Shown: positions 9,402 to 20,703 of the stretch, in pieces
Layout: every line of letters begins with the position of its first letter
Numbering within the stretch: position 1 is the stretch's first letter
Source: the human T2T-CHM13v2.0 reference genome, Homo sapiens
Length of the DNA stretch: 64,000 nt
Direction: 5' to 3' (one strand)
Assembly (NCBI RefSeq): GCF_009914755.1
Contig: NC_060932.1
Made by a program: the position numbers and the translations under genes
Notes under the pieces: model-generated
What the model was told of the DNA's origin: nothing
Database searches by the model: none
The model's input: only the letters and a program-made list of their open reading frames with translations

Positions 9402-12349
9402 CACTCTCTTCGTTGAGTCTGCTTATTAAACATCACATCATATTATTATCTCCATTATAAGCCATTGAACATTACCTATAGGAAGTATTGCTCCACAGCC
9501 ACACACTTACTCTGAGCCCAAAAATAGGGTCACAACAGGTCCGGCTAGTAACAGAATGGATATTTAATATTAACTAAAGTTACCACATTTTCACCCCAAT
9601 TGTTAAAATTCTTAGTATGACAGACGATTTTGTGCCACTACTATGCAAAAGAGGTGGTCTGCAATACATAGTGTGGATGCTAAGAACACAATAGGTCCTC
9701 AATGGAGATTTGAGAATGAATGAAAGAAGAGCCAATTTTCTGAAACATTTTCTTTCCTGGAGCAATGCAGTACTCAAAAGTATTATCCTTGAAAGTACAT
9801 AACCAATACATGTTATATAACATTAACCTGTTAACATTACGAGCAAAGGAAAATGTAAAGAGCACATTCTCTTACTAATACGTAAGCACCACAAGAAAAT
9901 TTGAGGTCATTTCTTCCATACCCTCTCATAACAGTGTTGTATCCTCAAGGTAGAAGAACACGCCAATTTACTGCTCTTACTTTTGTGTAGAAAATAGTTT
10001 TTAAAAAGCCACAGAAATTGAAGAGAAAAAATGCATTCAAGTTTTTTAAAAAACCATAGATCTGAACAAGAATGAATAGAACATCATCTAGTGATGTGGG
10101 ATGGCTGGGTAATTCAATGTTTTTATAGGAGGTTTGTTATTTTTAATCACAAGGCCTCATATATTGAAATGAAAACTGAACAGGAAACATATTTTCTTTT
10201 GACTTGGGTCAAAGGATCCTGAGGCAGAGATTTAAAACTCCCCAATAGATGTTGCATTTTACAGTGGTTGGCAAAGTTATTTGCATACAACCATTTAATT
10301 AATGGGTGTTTGACTTGAAAAATAGAGAAAAACAAATGTAATAGAAAGTATAAATCACTCATAGCCCTTTAAAATTTATGTGGGCTCTGAAGTAAAAGTC
10401 TCTTTGTCCTCTTTAATTCTAATATTTTTTCTCTGTGCTTATGCAAACATACACACACAAATGTATATATCTTTTAAAAAAGGGAAGGGGCATGCCAAAC
10501 ACATTGATTTGCAAGTTTTTTTTAAGGTAATATGTACACCTTTTAAGTCCACACATCTAAAGTTATATCACTGAGGTAACTACTTAGTATATTACTGTAT
10601 TAATGTTCTCTAATTTACCTAGTTAATGTCCCCTATTGACAGACTTCTTTTGTTTCTAATTTTATATCATTATAAATAAAGCTGAAGCTTTATTTATAAA
10701 CCTGTAATCTCCTTTTAAATGTGAATACTTTAAAACTGTCTTAATTATAAGAATCAAAACATCTCAAGTGTAATAAAAGGCAATAATTATAAAATTCATG
10801 GGATCAATAGGAAGAAAACAGACAGATGAGAGATACACAACAAAAAGAAACTTTGTCGATCAATAATCAGCCGAGAACTTGGTACATATTACTTTTCTAT
10901 GGAGCTGTCAAAGCACCCTTCATGTGATATCATAGAGGCATAGGGTGAGACATTCAAGCCTCATGCCATGGGCCCTCTAAGATCCTAAACGTGACATCTC
11001 ATTCAGGTCTCAGGTCTCAGTGTACACTTCCTAGTATCACATGGCTTGGGAATGGTTATAACAGTGAGAGATGTTCATTAGGTAGACTATACCTAATGCC
11101 AGATAGTTAAACCTACAAGTTCCCAAGACAAGATTTCTGTTTGGTTTTGAAAGCAATGAAGAAAAAGTTCTCATATCCCCCATGCTACTCAGGGAAATAT
11201 AAGCTTTAAATGTTAGTTTCGAAAATATAAAAATAGATGATATACTCTTTATTATCAATGGAACAAGGTTTATCTTGAAGATTCCATTAACTAACATGGT
11301 GTAATGATTTTTCATTTTTTTCTGTTTTATTGCTATCATTCCAACCTAGAATGTTTTCTATATTTTATATCACGTTTTTCTCCAGTAATTTTCAAAACAA
11401 AACAAAAGACCAAAACTCCAAATAGAAACTTACTGCAGAATAGAGATAACTCTTTATAAATTTAGATGGATTTCAGAAAAAAATCTGGAAAAGACAAATT
11501 TATTTTTTAAAAACTGCATGTGGAGTTAGGCTTTGCCAAAATTCACATTTATTTTAAATGAATTCTGGAACATTTTAAATCTACGTAAACTTCACCTAAC
11601 CTTATTCATGGTGACTGTGATAGGTATGAGCCCTCTAACTTTTCAGCTGATTTTTTAGTTTTATATGTTTCTTCTACCTTTGATTTTATTGTTTATGTCA
11701 GATTACAGATGGCTGTGATTTTTCTCAAAATACTTAGTAAATTTATATTATGGAATTGAAGCATTTGTTTATTAGCCTGCTTTCAGGTTCATAGTTGAAT
11801 TATCTGTATATTATCATCAGATAGAGACCATAGGATATAACAAGCATTTATTAGCTTCTTATCCGTTGGCTTCATAGACAAGGAAACACAGAAGAGCCGC
11901 ACTTGAGAATATCAAATATTAGATTATGGAAACATCTGGATTATATTGATCTTTTAATTTTTATAATTTTGGTTTCAACTTTATGGCTAGAGAATGCCAT
12001 ATGCAAACTCATAGCTAACTTATAAATTTTCAATAACTCTATATTCTAGTTATATTTTTATTTCTTCCTGAAAGAATCCAAGTCCATAGGGGTCCATTCA
12101 GTGTAGGTCTTCCTAGTTCAGGGGCATAAATGAATGAATGCAAACAGTCACAATAAGTCACGTTGGCTGATATTTACAACTCTTCTATTTAAGTGTATTA
12201 GTGTAGACATATTAATAAAAATTCAAATCCATAAGCCTCCACAAATTATGTCATTTAGTTCTTACACATTACAGACTTATACTTCAAATTCTGTGTTTCA
12301 AAGAATTGATTCCCTCAGAAGAAATTACATAGCAATATTGTGCAAAATA

Positions 12350-13635
12350 ATTTATACACTGGGGAAAGGTCACCCTTTTCAATAAGTGGTGCTGGGAAAA
12401 CTGAATTGCCACATGCAGAGGAATTAAAAACTGGACCTCTATCTCTCACCATACACAAAAATCGACTCAAGATTGATTAAAGACTTAAATGTCACACCTT
12501 AAATTACAACAATATTAGAAGAAAACCTAGGGAAAACTCTTCCAGACATTGTTCTAAGCAAGGAATTTATGACTAAGACCTCAAAAGCATAAGTAAAATT
12601 AAAAAATAGGCAAATAGGACTTAATTAAGCCAAAAAGCTTCTGTAAAGCAAAACAAATAATCAACAGAATGAATAGGCAACCTACAGAATGGGATAGAAT
12701 ACTTACAAACTTTGCATCTGACAAGGGACTGATACTCAGATACAAGGAACTCAAAAAACTCAACAACAACAAACAACCTCATTAAAAAGTGGGCAAAGAA
12801 CATGGATAGATGAATAAACATTTTTTTCAAAAGAAGAAATACAAATGGCCAATAAGCCTATGAAAAAAATGCTTATTATCACTAATTGTCAGAGAAATGC
12901 AAATTAAAACCACAATGAGATATCATCTTACACCAGTCAGAATGGCTATTATTAAAAAGATGAAAAATAACAGATATTGGTGAGGATGTGGAGAAAAAAG
13001 AATGCCTTCACATTGTTGGTGGGGGTTTAAATTAGTACAACCTCTATGGAAAACTTATGGCGATTACTCAAATAAATAAAAATAGAGCTACTATTTGATC
13101 CAGCAATCCCACTACAGGGTGTATACTTAAAAGAAAAGAAACCAGTGTATAAAAAAGATACCTGTACCTGTATATTTATCACAACTCTATTCACAATGGC
13201 AAAGATATAGAATCAATCTAATTGTCCTTTGACAGATGATTGGATAAAGAAAATGTGGTATATATACACAGTGGAATACTATTCAACCATAAAAAAGGAT
13301 GAAATCATGCCTTGCAGCAACATAGATGAAACTGGAGGCCTTTAAGTGAAACAACTCAGAAAGAGATAGACAAATACTGCATGTTTTCACTCATAAGTGG
13401 GAGCTACATAATGTGTACATGTGGACATCGAGTATGAACTGATATATATTGGAGACTCAGAAGGGTGGGAGGGTGGAAGTGGGGTGGATGATGAGAAATT
13501 ACTTAATGGATACAATGTACATTATTTGGGTGATGGACGCCACTAAAAGCCCAGGATTCACCTCTGCAAAATACATCCATGTAGCAAAAATTGCACTTGT
13601 AGCCTTTACATTTATATAAGTTTTTAAAAAAATAA
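12350..13635 (+). mobile_element. 5'-truncated L1MA2/3-like LINE-1 (ORF2 3' end, 3'UTR, A-tail)
   Basis: ttcaataagtggtgctgggaaaactg...aaaaccacaatgagatatcatcttacaccagtcagaatggc...G-rich tract 13462-13488...cactaaaagccca. Confidence 0.9.
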
Positions 13636-13879
13636 CAATTGCCACTAGTTGTCTTTAATCTGGTCTTAATGGTCTCCTGTTTGCCAGTGTCATCAGCACT
13701 CTCAATTTTAATTTTTAACCTGTTCTATCTCATTACTCTATCTTACCTGTCTGGCTCTTATAAATCTTTTGAGTCGTTACTCATTTTTTAAATAATTCTA
13801 ATTTGTTTCATGTAATACCATTCAATGATAAATGTTTACTAATTGACTCAATGCTATAGTATTTCCAGTTGGTTTCAAG

Positions 13880-14345
13880 TGAGTATTATAGTTAAAGCCG
13901 TTAATTTAGGCCATCCAATATTTGAATACCTTCTTTGTGGAATGCCCCATCTTATGATCTTCATGGAAGGCAGGAGTAGAAAGTGCTAGATACTATTGCT
14001 CAGGGATTCCCTGCAGCTGATGTACAAGCAAATGAACTAAATTTCCTCAGTCCTGCCTCAGAGATTCACTGACAACAGCAGTAGTCAGGGATGGACTGAA
14101 TCCTGGGACAGAAGGAGTGATGTTAAGTGTGGGGTCCAGCAACCAGTGTTAATGGTATTGGAGGTACAAGCCACAGCATTTAATGTTTAGCAGTGGTATT
14201 GTCACTGGGCCAGTTCCACAACCTAACTGTAGACATTGTTCCTGGTGTGAGTACCTCACATCAGTTCTCTAACCCTCCTGATGAGTCTGTAAGCTACTCG
14301 GTAGCCATTAATAAACTTCTTTTCTGCTTAGTACTGTTAGAAACT
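13880..14345 (+). mobile_element. Old ERVL LTR (LTR33-like)
   Basis: 3' end ...ctgtaagctactc...aataaacttcttttctgcttag resembles LTR33; diverged. Confidence 0.45.
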
Positions 14346-14398
14346 TGGCTAACTGGTCTCAGTCTTTATAAAACATTTGGAGTGACTATTCTCTACTC

Positions 14399-14615
14399 CA
14401 GGGCTCAGCGAACATTTCCTGTAAAGGGCCAGATAGTAAATATGTTGGCATTTTCAGGTAATATGGCCTTTATTGCAACTACTCAACTCTGCCATTGCAC
14501 TGCAAAAACAGTTTACAATAATAAACAAATGAGCACAGTATGTTCTAATAAAACTTTATGTAAAAAAAAAAGGCAATGAACTAGATTTGGCCTGCAGGTT
14601 GTAGCTTGTGAATGT
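14399..14615. mobile_element. MER58A hAT-Charlie MITE
   Basis: ctgtaaagggccagatagtaaatat...caactactcaactctgccattg...gatttggcctgcagg. Confidence 0.85.
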
Positions 14616-15229
14616 CAACTTTGCTATGTTTATAAGATATCTTATAGTAGACAGGACTCATTGAATCTGTTGATTGAAATTATGCCATCCAACTGCATCC
14701 ATCCCTGCCTTCTCTTTGATCAACATTTGGTAACCCTAACAATGTTGTAACCTTTCTAAGACTTAGTCCCATGTTGAGATTATTAATTATGCTACTCTAC
14801 TTCTAACTCTTAAAATAAGTGTTTAGCTTATGAGTTTATAAAAGGCAGTCTCTCTTTTATAGCAGAAATACAATTTCTAAAATTCTTTTAAAAATATAAT
14901 TTATCTTTGAATGGGGAAACATAGATGCCAGTACATTCTTATATAAAAAGATTACTTTGAATTTTTAAAATAACGACATAATAATTAGATGACAATTTCA
15001 ATTTTATGGGTATGCTATCTCTATAAGTATACTAGTAGCATGCTATATAAACAAGGATTATGAGAACCATTGAGGATATGGTACTGTAAGTTTAAGAAAC
15101 AAGATTGTTACGTAATTTTAAAAGAATCAAGTTTTTGAAACAAAGATTGGGGTTTCTATTGCAAGTCTGTAATGCTTAATTACGTCATATGATTACAGTA
15201 TCTTAAGACTTATCTTAACATGATTTAAT

Positions 15230-15597
15230 AATTAAATTAAATATTTATTAATGTGTCTGCACTAACATAACATACTAAGTGCTATAAATAAAAAGTAGCA
15301 TCATTCCTACCTTCAGATAAATGAAAGTTTAGTGGAGAGATAGACGTTTAAGTGAGCACATAAATATGAATTTCTTAGTATTATAATAAGGGTATGTAAT
15401 AAGAACTATTGGACAATTGAACGTCTAATTCTGCCTAGGAGAAAGAGCGTTTACAGAGGACTCCTCTTAGATAATGGAGTATGGAAATACTTTTCTAGAA
15501 AGATAAGAGCAAGAAGAGATTTCAGGCATTGAAAACATCACACTGGCAGAATTTATTTAATAGAGCTCAAGCTATGCCACCCAGGGAAGAAGCTGAA
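15230..15597 (-). mobile_element. L2 3' end fragment (left part of a split L2)
   Basis: aaatatttatt...ctaagtgct...cattcctaccttca...agtttagtggagagatagac, typical antisense L2 tail. Confidence 0.65.
15276..15597 (+). repeat. Copy 1 of ~322-bp local direct duplication
   Basis: Hand alignment to 19914-20234: about 19 substitutions and 1 indel. Confidence 0.97.
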
Positions 15598-15753
15598 CTA
15601 AATTACAGGGCCCTGATTACTGGCCACTACACTTAACAATGATAATTAACCATCATAGACAGTTTATTGGGTTTTTTTTTTAATGTTTGGTCACTTAAAT
15701 CATTTAGCAAGAGTGGCAATAGAGTCCTTCAGAAAACTCTCCTGAAAGATGTT

Positions 15754-16110
15754 TGATATGGTTTGGCTCTGTGTCCCCACCCAAATCTTATCTTGTAGCT
15801 CCCATAATCCCCACATATTGTGGGAGGGACCCAGTGTGAGATAACTGAATCATGGGGTCAGGTCTTTCCCATGTTGTTCTTGTGATAATGAATAAGTCTC
15901 ATGAGATTTGATGGCTTTAAAAATGGGAGTTTTTGCACAAGCTCTCTCTGTACCTGCCGCCATCTATGTAAGATGTGACTTGCTCCTCCTTGCCTTCTGC
16001 CATGATTGTGAGGCCTCCCCAGCCATGTGGAACTCTAAGTCCATTACAAATCTTTCTTTTGTAAATTTCCCAGTCTCAGGTATGTCTTTATTAGCAGCAC
16101 GAAAATAGAT
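15754..16110 (+). mobile_element. THE1-family (MaLR) solo LTR, terminal bases missing
   Basis: tgatatggtttggctctgtgtccccacccaaatct...ccatgattgtgaggcctccccagccatgtggaact...ccagtctcaggtatgtctttattagcagc. Confidence 0.92.
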
Positions 16111-16284
16111 GAGCGTCTTTGCTTTGAAAAGAACAGGCTCTGTTCTGATTTGTAAAGAAGGCAACTTAGGATAACATCGTAGGAAGTTCTCTTCTGAAGC
16201 CATTTATCTATGTCAGTATTCCTGTCTACCTACCTTAATTAATAACATTTTTAAATAACCTAATCAACAAGCGAAGTTATTTAC

Positions 16285-16708
16285 TATTGGTGTGAGACAA
16301 TTCTTCATTGGTCTCTCACACTCCTGCGCTTCTTGTGAGCACCTGGAGAGTAGTATTTTATACCTTTTTCTCAATGATATTTCCAAGGATGTTTGTACAG
16401 CAAACAGCCTTGGAAGATGCAGCAAAAGGCAGGTTTGTTTACTCTTTAGTGTAATAAAGATAATGTCTTCCTTCAAGGCAAAAGTCAGGCAAGCTTGCTT
16501 ACTGCCCATTATAAAAGATTAGGACTTCTTAAACTCAGGGTTTTCCTTCTGTAATGTGACCCACCTCATGCACAGGCATCACCTGCCCTTTTGCATCACC
16601 TTTGTATCTGTCCCAAGAGTCTCCTGCTTTTCTCCAGCATCCAAAACATTGTGGCAGGTTTGTAAGTAGAATAATAAAATCAGAGATTCTACATTATATT
16701 TCATGACA
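16285..16708 (+). mobile_element. LTR40-like ERVL LTR
   Basis: gagacaattcttcattggtctctc...aaggatgtttgtacagcaaacagccttggaagat...tgcccattataaaagatt...tgaca end. Confidence 0.7.
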
Positions 16709-16808
16709 GATGGGAATAGATTGAACATCATGAGATATAATATATATCTGTATGATCTGAAATTTTTTTACCCCATCTGAAAACTAACAATATGTATATC
16801 CATATCTG

Positions 16809-19653
16809 GATATCTATCTATCTCTAAAGACAGATAGATATCTATCTATATCTAAAGATAGATAGATACCTATCTATATCTAAAGATAGATAGATATCTA
16901 TCTATATCTAAAGATAGATAGATATCTATCTATGTCTAAAGATAGATATCTATCTATATCTAAAGATAGATATCTATCTATATCTAAAGATAGATATCTA
17001 TCTATATCTAAAGATAGATATCTATCTATATCTAAAGATAGATAGATATCTATCTATATCTAAAGATAGATAGATATCTATCTATATCTAAAGATAGATA
17101 GATATCTATCTATATCTAAAGATAGATATCTATCTATATCTAAAGATAGATAGATATCTATCTATATCTAAAGATAGATAGATATCTATCTATATCTAAA
17201 GATAGATAGATATCTATCTATATCTAAAGATAGATAGATATCTATCTATATCTAAAGATAGATAGATATCTATCTATATCTAAAGATAGATAGATATCTA
17301 TCTATATCTAAAGATAGATAGATATCTATCTATATCTAAAGATAGATAGATATCTATCTATATCTAAAGATAGATAGATATCTATCTATATCTAAAGATA
17401 GATAGATATCTATCTATAAAGATAGATAGATATCTATCTATAAAGACAGATAGATATCTATCTATAAAGACAGATAGATATCTATCTATAAAGATAGATA
17501 GATATCTATCTATATCTAAAGATAGATAGATATCTATCTATAAAGATAGATAGATATCTATCTCTATCTAAAGATAGATATCTATCTCTATCTAAAGATA
17601 GATATCTATCTATATCTAAAGATAGATAGATATCTATATCTAAAGATAGATAGATATCTATATCTAAAGATAGATAGATATCTATATCTAAAGATAGATA
17701 GATATCTATCTATATCTAAAGATAGATAGATATCTATCTATATCTAAAGATAGATAGATATCTATCTATATCTAAAGATAGATAGATATCTATCTATATC
17801 TAAAGATAGATAGATATCTATCTATATCTAAAGATAGATAGATATCTATCTATATCTAAAGATAGATAGATATCTATCTATATCTAAAGATAGATAGATA
17901 TCTATCTATATCTAAAGATAGATAGATATCTATCTATATCTAAAGATAGATAGATATCTATCTATATCTAAAGATAGATAGATATCTATCTATATCTAAA
18001 GATAGATAGATATCTATCTATATCTAAAGATAGATAGATATCTATCTATATCTAAAGATAGATAGATATCTATCTATATCTAAAGATAGATAGATATCTA
18101 TATCTAAAGATAGATAGATATCTATCTATATCTAAAGATAGATAGATATCTATCTATATCTAAAGATAGATAGATATCTATATCTAAAGATAGATAGATA
18201 TCTATATCTAAAGATAGATAGATATCTATATCTAAAGATAGATAGATATCTATCTATATCTAAAGATAGATAGATATCTATCTATATCTAAAGATAGATA
18301 GATATCTATCTATATCTAAAGATAGATAGATATCTATCTATATCTAAAGATAGATAGATATCTATCTATATCTAAAGATAGATAGATATCTATCTATATC
18401 TAAAGATAGATAGATATCTATATCTAAAGATAGATAGATATCTATATCTAAAGATAGATAGATATCTATATCTAAAGATAGATAGATATCTATATCTAAA
18501 GATAGATAGATATCTATCTATATCTAAAGATAGATAGATATCTATCTATATCTAAAGATAGATAGATATCTATCTATATCTAAAGATAGATAGATATCTA
18601 TCTATATCTAAAGATAGATATCTATCTATATCTAAAGATAGATATCTATCTATATCTAAAGATAGATAGATATCTATCTATATCTAAAGATAGATAGATA
18701 TCTATCTATATCTAAAGATAGATAGATATCTATCTATATCTAAAGATAGATATCTATCTATATCTAAAGATAGATAGATATCTATCTATATCTAAAGATA
18801 GATAGATATCTATCTATATCTAAAGATAGATAGATATCTATCTATATCTAAAGATAGATAGATATCTATCTATATCTAAAGATAGATAGATATCTATCTA
18901 TATCTAAAGATAGATAGATATCTATCTATATCTAAAGATAGATAGATATCTATCTATATCTAAAGATAGATAGATATCTATCTATATCTAAAGATAGATA
19001 GATATCTATATCTAAAGATAGATAGATATCTATCTATATCTAAAGATAGATAGATATCTATCTATATCTAAAGATAGATATCTATCTATATCTAAAGATA
19101 GATAGATATCTATCTATATCTAAAGATAGATATCTATCTATATCTAAAGATAGATAGATAGATATCTATATCTAAAGATAGATATCTATCTATATCTAAA
19201 GATAGATAGATAGATATCCATCTATATCTAAAGATAGACAGATATCCATCTATATCTAAAGATAGACAGATATCCATCTATATCTAAAGATAGACAGATA
19301 TCCATCTATATCTAAAGATAGACAGATATCCATCTATATCTAAAGATAGACAGATATCCATCTATATCTAAAGATAGACAGATATCCATCTATATCTAAA
19401 GATAGATAGATATCTATCTATATCTAAAGATAGATAGATATCTATCTATATCTAAAGATAGATAGATATCTATCTATATCTAAAGATAGATAGATATCTA
19501 TCTATATCTAAAGATAGATAGATATCAATCTATATCTAAAGATAGATAGATATCTATCTATATCTAAAGATAGATAGATATCTATCTATATCTAAAGATA
19601 GATAGATAGATATCTATCTATATCTAAAGATAGATAGATAAAGATCTATATCT
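16809..19653. repeat. Palindromic AT-rich minisatellite, main unit TCTAAAGATAGATAGATATCTATCTATA (28 bp) with 24-bp variants, roughly 100-110 units
   Basis: Directly visible tandem array of ~2.85 kb. Confidence 0.99.
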
Positions 19654-19913
19654 GTTCTCAAATGACAGATGTATTTTATATCTATTCCCAAATAGGATGA
19701 AATATATGCTGTAATTTTTGGGTTTACAAAAGGACAATAGGATTTTTAAATTACTTTTTGGACAATAAAACTAACATTTGATTTTTTAACATGTGATTTA
19801 TGCTTTATTCAAAAATTCTTTTGTCTTTTAATTAAAGCATATTAGTATAATCACAAGATGAGGGTAAAACAAAAAAATAAAAAATAAAGCATATTAGGTG
19901 CAAAGTTCTCTAG

Positions 19914-20234
19914 TAAGTGCTATGAATAAAAAGTAGCATCATTCCTGCCTTCAGATAAATGAAAGTTTAGTGGAGAGATAGACATTTAAGTGAGCATATA
20001 AATATGAATTCCTAAGTATTATAATAAGGATATACAACAAGAGCTATTGGACAATTGAACATCTAATTCTGCCTAGGAGAAAGAGCTTTTACAGAGGATT
20101 CCTCTTAGTTATGGAGTATGGAAATACTTTTCTAGAAAGATAAGAGCAAGAAGAGATTTCAGGCATTGAAAACAGCACATTGGCAGAATTTATTTAATGT
20201 AGCTCAAGCTATGCCACCCAGGGAAGAAGCTGAA
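19914..20234 (+). repeat. Copy 2 of ~322-bp local direct duplication
   Basis: ~94% identical to 15276-15597. Confidence 0.97.
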
Positions 20235-20344
20235 TAGGTCTGCTAATGTTGTATGCCAAGGAAAGAACACTTAATTTTTTCTGGAGGGCAACAAGGAGTA
20301 ATTAAAGGATTTTGAGAAGCAGAGTCACATGCTATGTATTCTTC

Positions 20345-20703
20345 TATTGCGGACCAAAGTGCATCCCCCTAAAATTTACATTTTGATTTGACTTCATTTG
20401 GAGACAGAGCCTTTATATAAAGAAGCAATTAAAGTTAAATGAGGTCATAGGAGTGGCCCTCTAATCCATTAGGACTTATGTCCTTTTCAGAAGAGAGACA
20501 CCAGGAAGGGGATGTCCACAGAAAAAGGGCCTGTGGGGACACAGCAAGAAGCAGCTATCTGCAGGCCAAGGAGAAAGGCCTTAGAAAGAACTAGCCTTGC
20601 TGGCATCCTGATCTTAGGGGCTCCAGAACTGTGAGAAAATAACTTTCTATTGTTTAAACCAGTCTGTGGTACTTAGTTATGCTAGTGCTAACAAACTAAT
20701 ATA
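20345..20703 (+). mobile_element. MLT1A/B-like MaLR LTR
   Basis: taaagttaaatgaggtcataggagtggccc...ctccagaactgtgagaaaataactttct...aaactaatata. Confidence 0.85.

Noticed and set aside
16015-16027. PRDM9 13-mer hotspot motif in the THE1 LTR
   Set aside because: Sequence is CCTCCCCAGCCAT, mismatching CCNCCNTNNCCNC at positions 7 and 13.
16809-19653. Palindromic ~28-bp repeats as a CRISPR-like array
   Set aside because: Units are directly adjacent with no unique spacers, there are no cas genes, and the context is primate genomic DNA.
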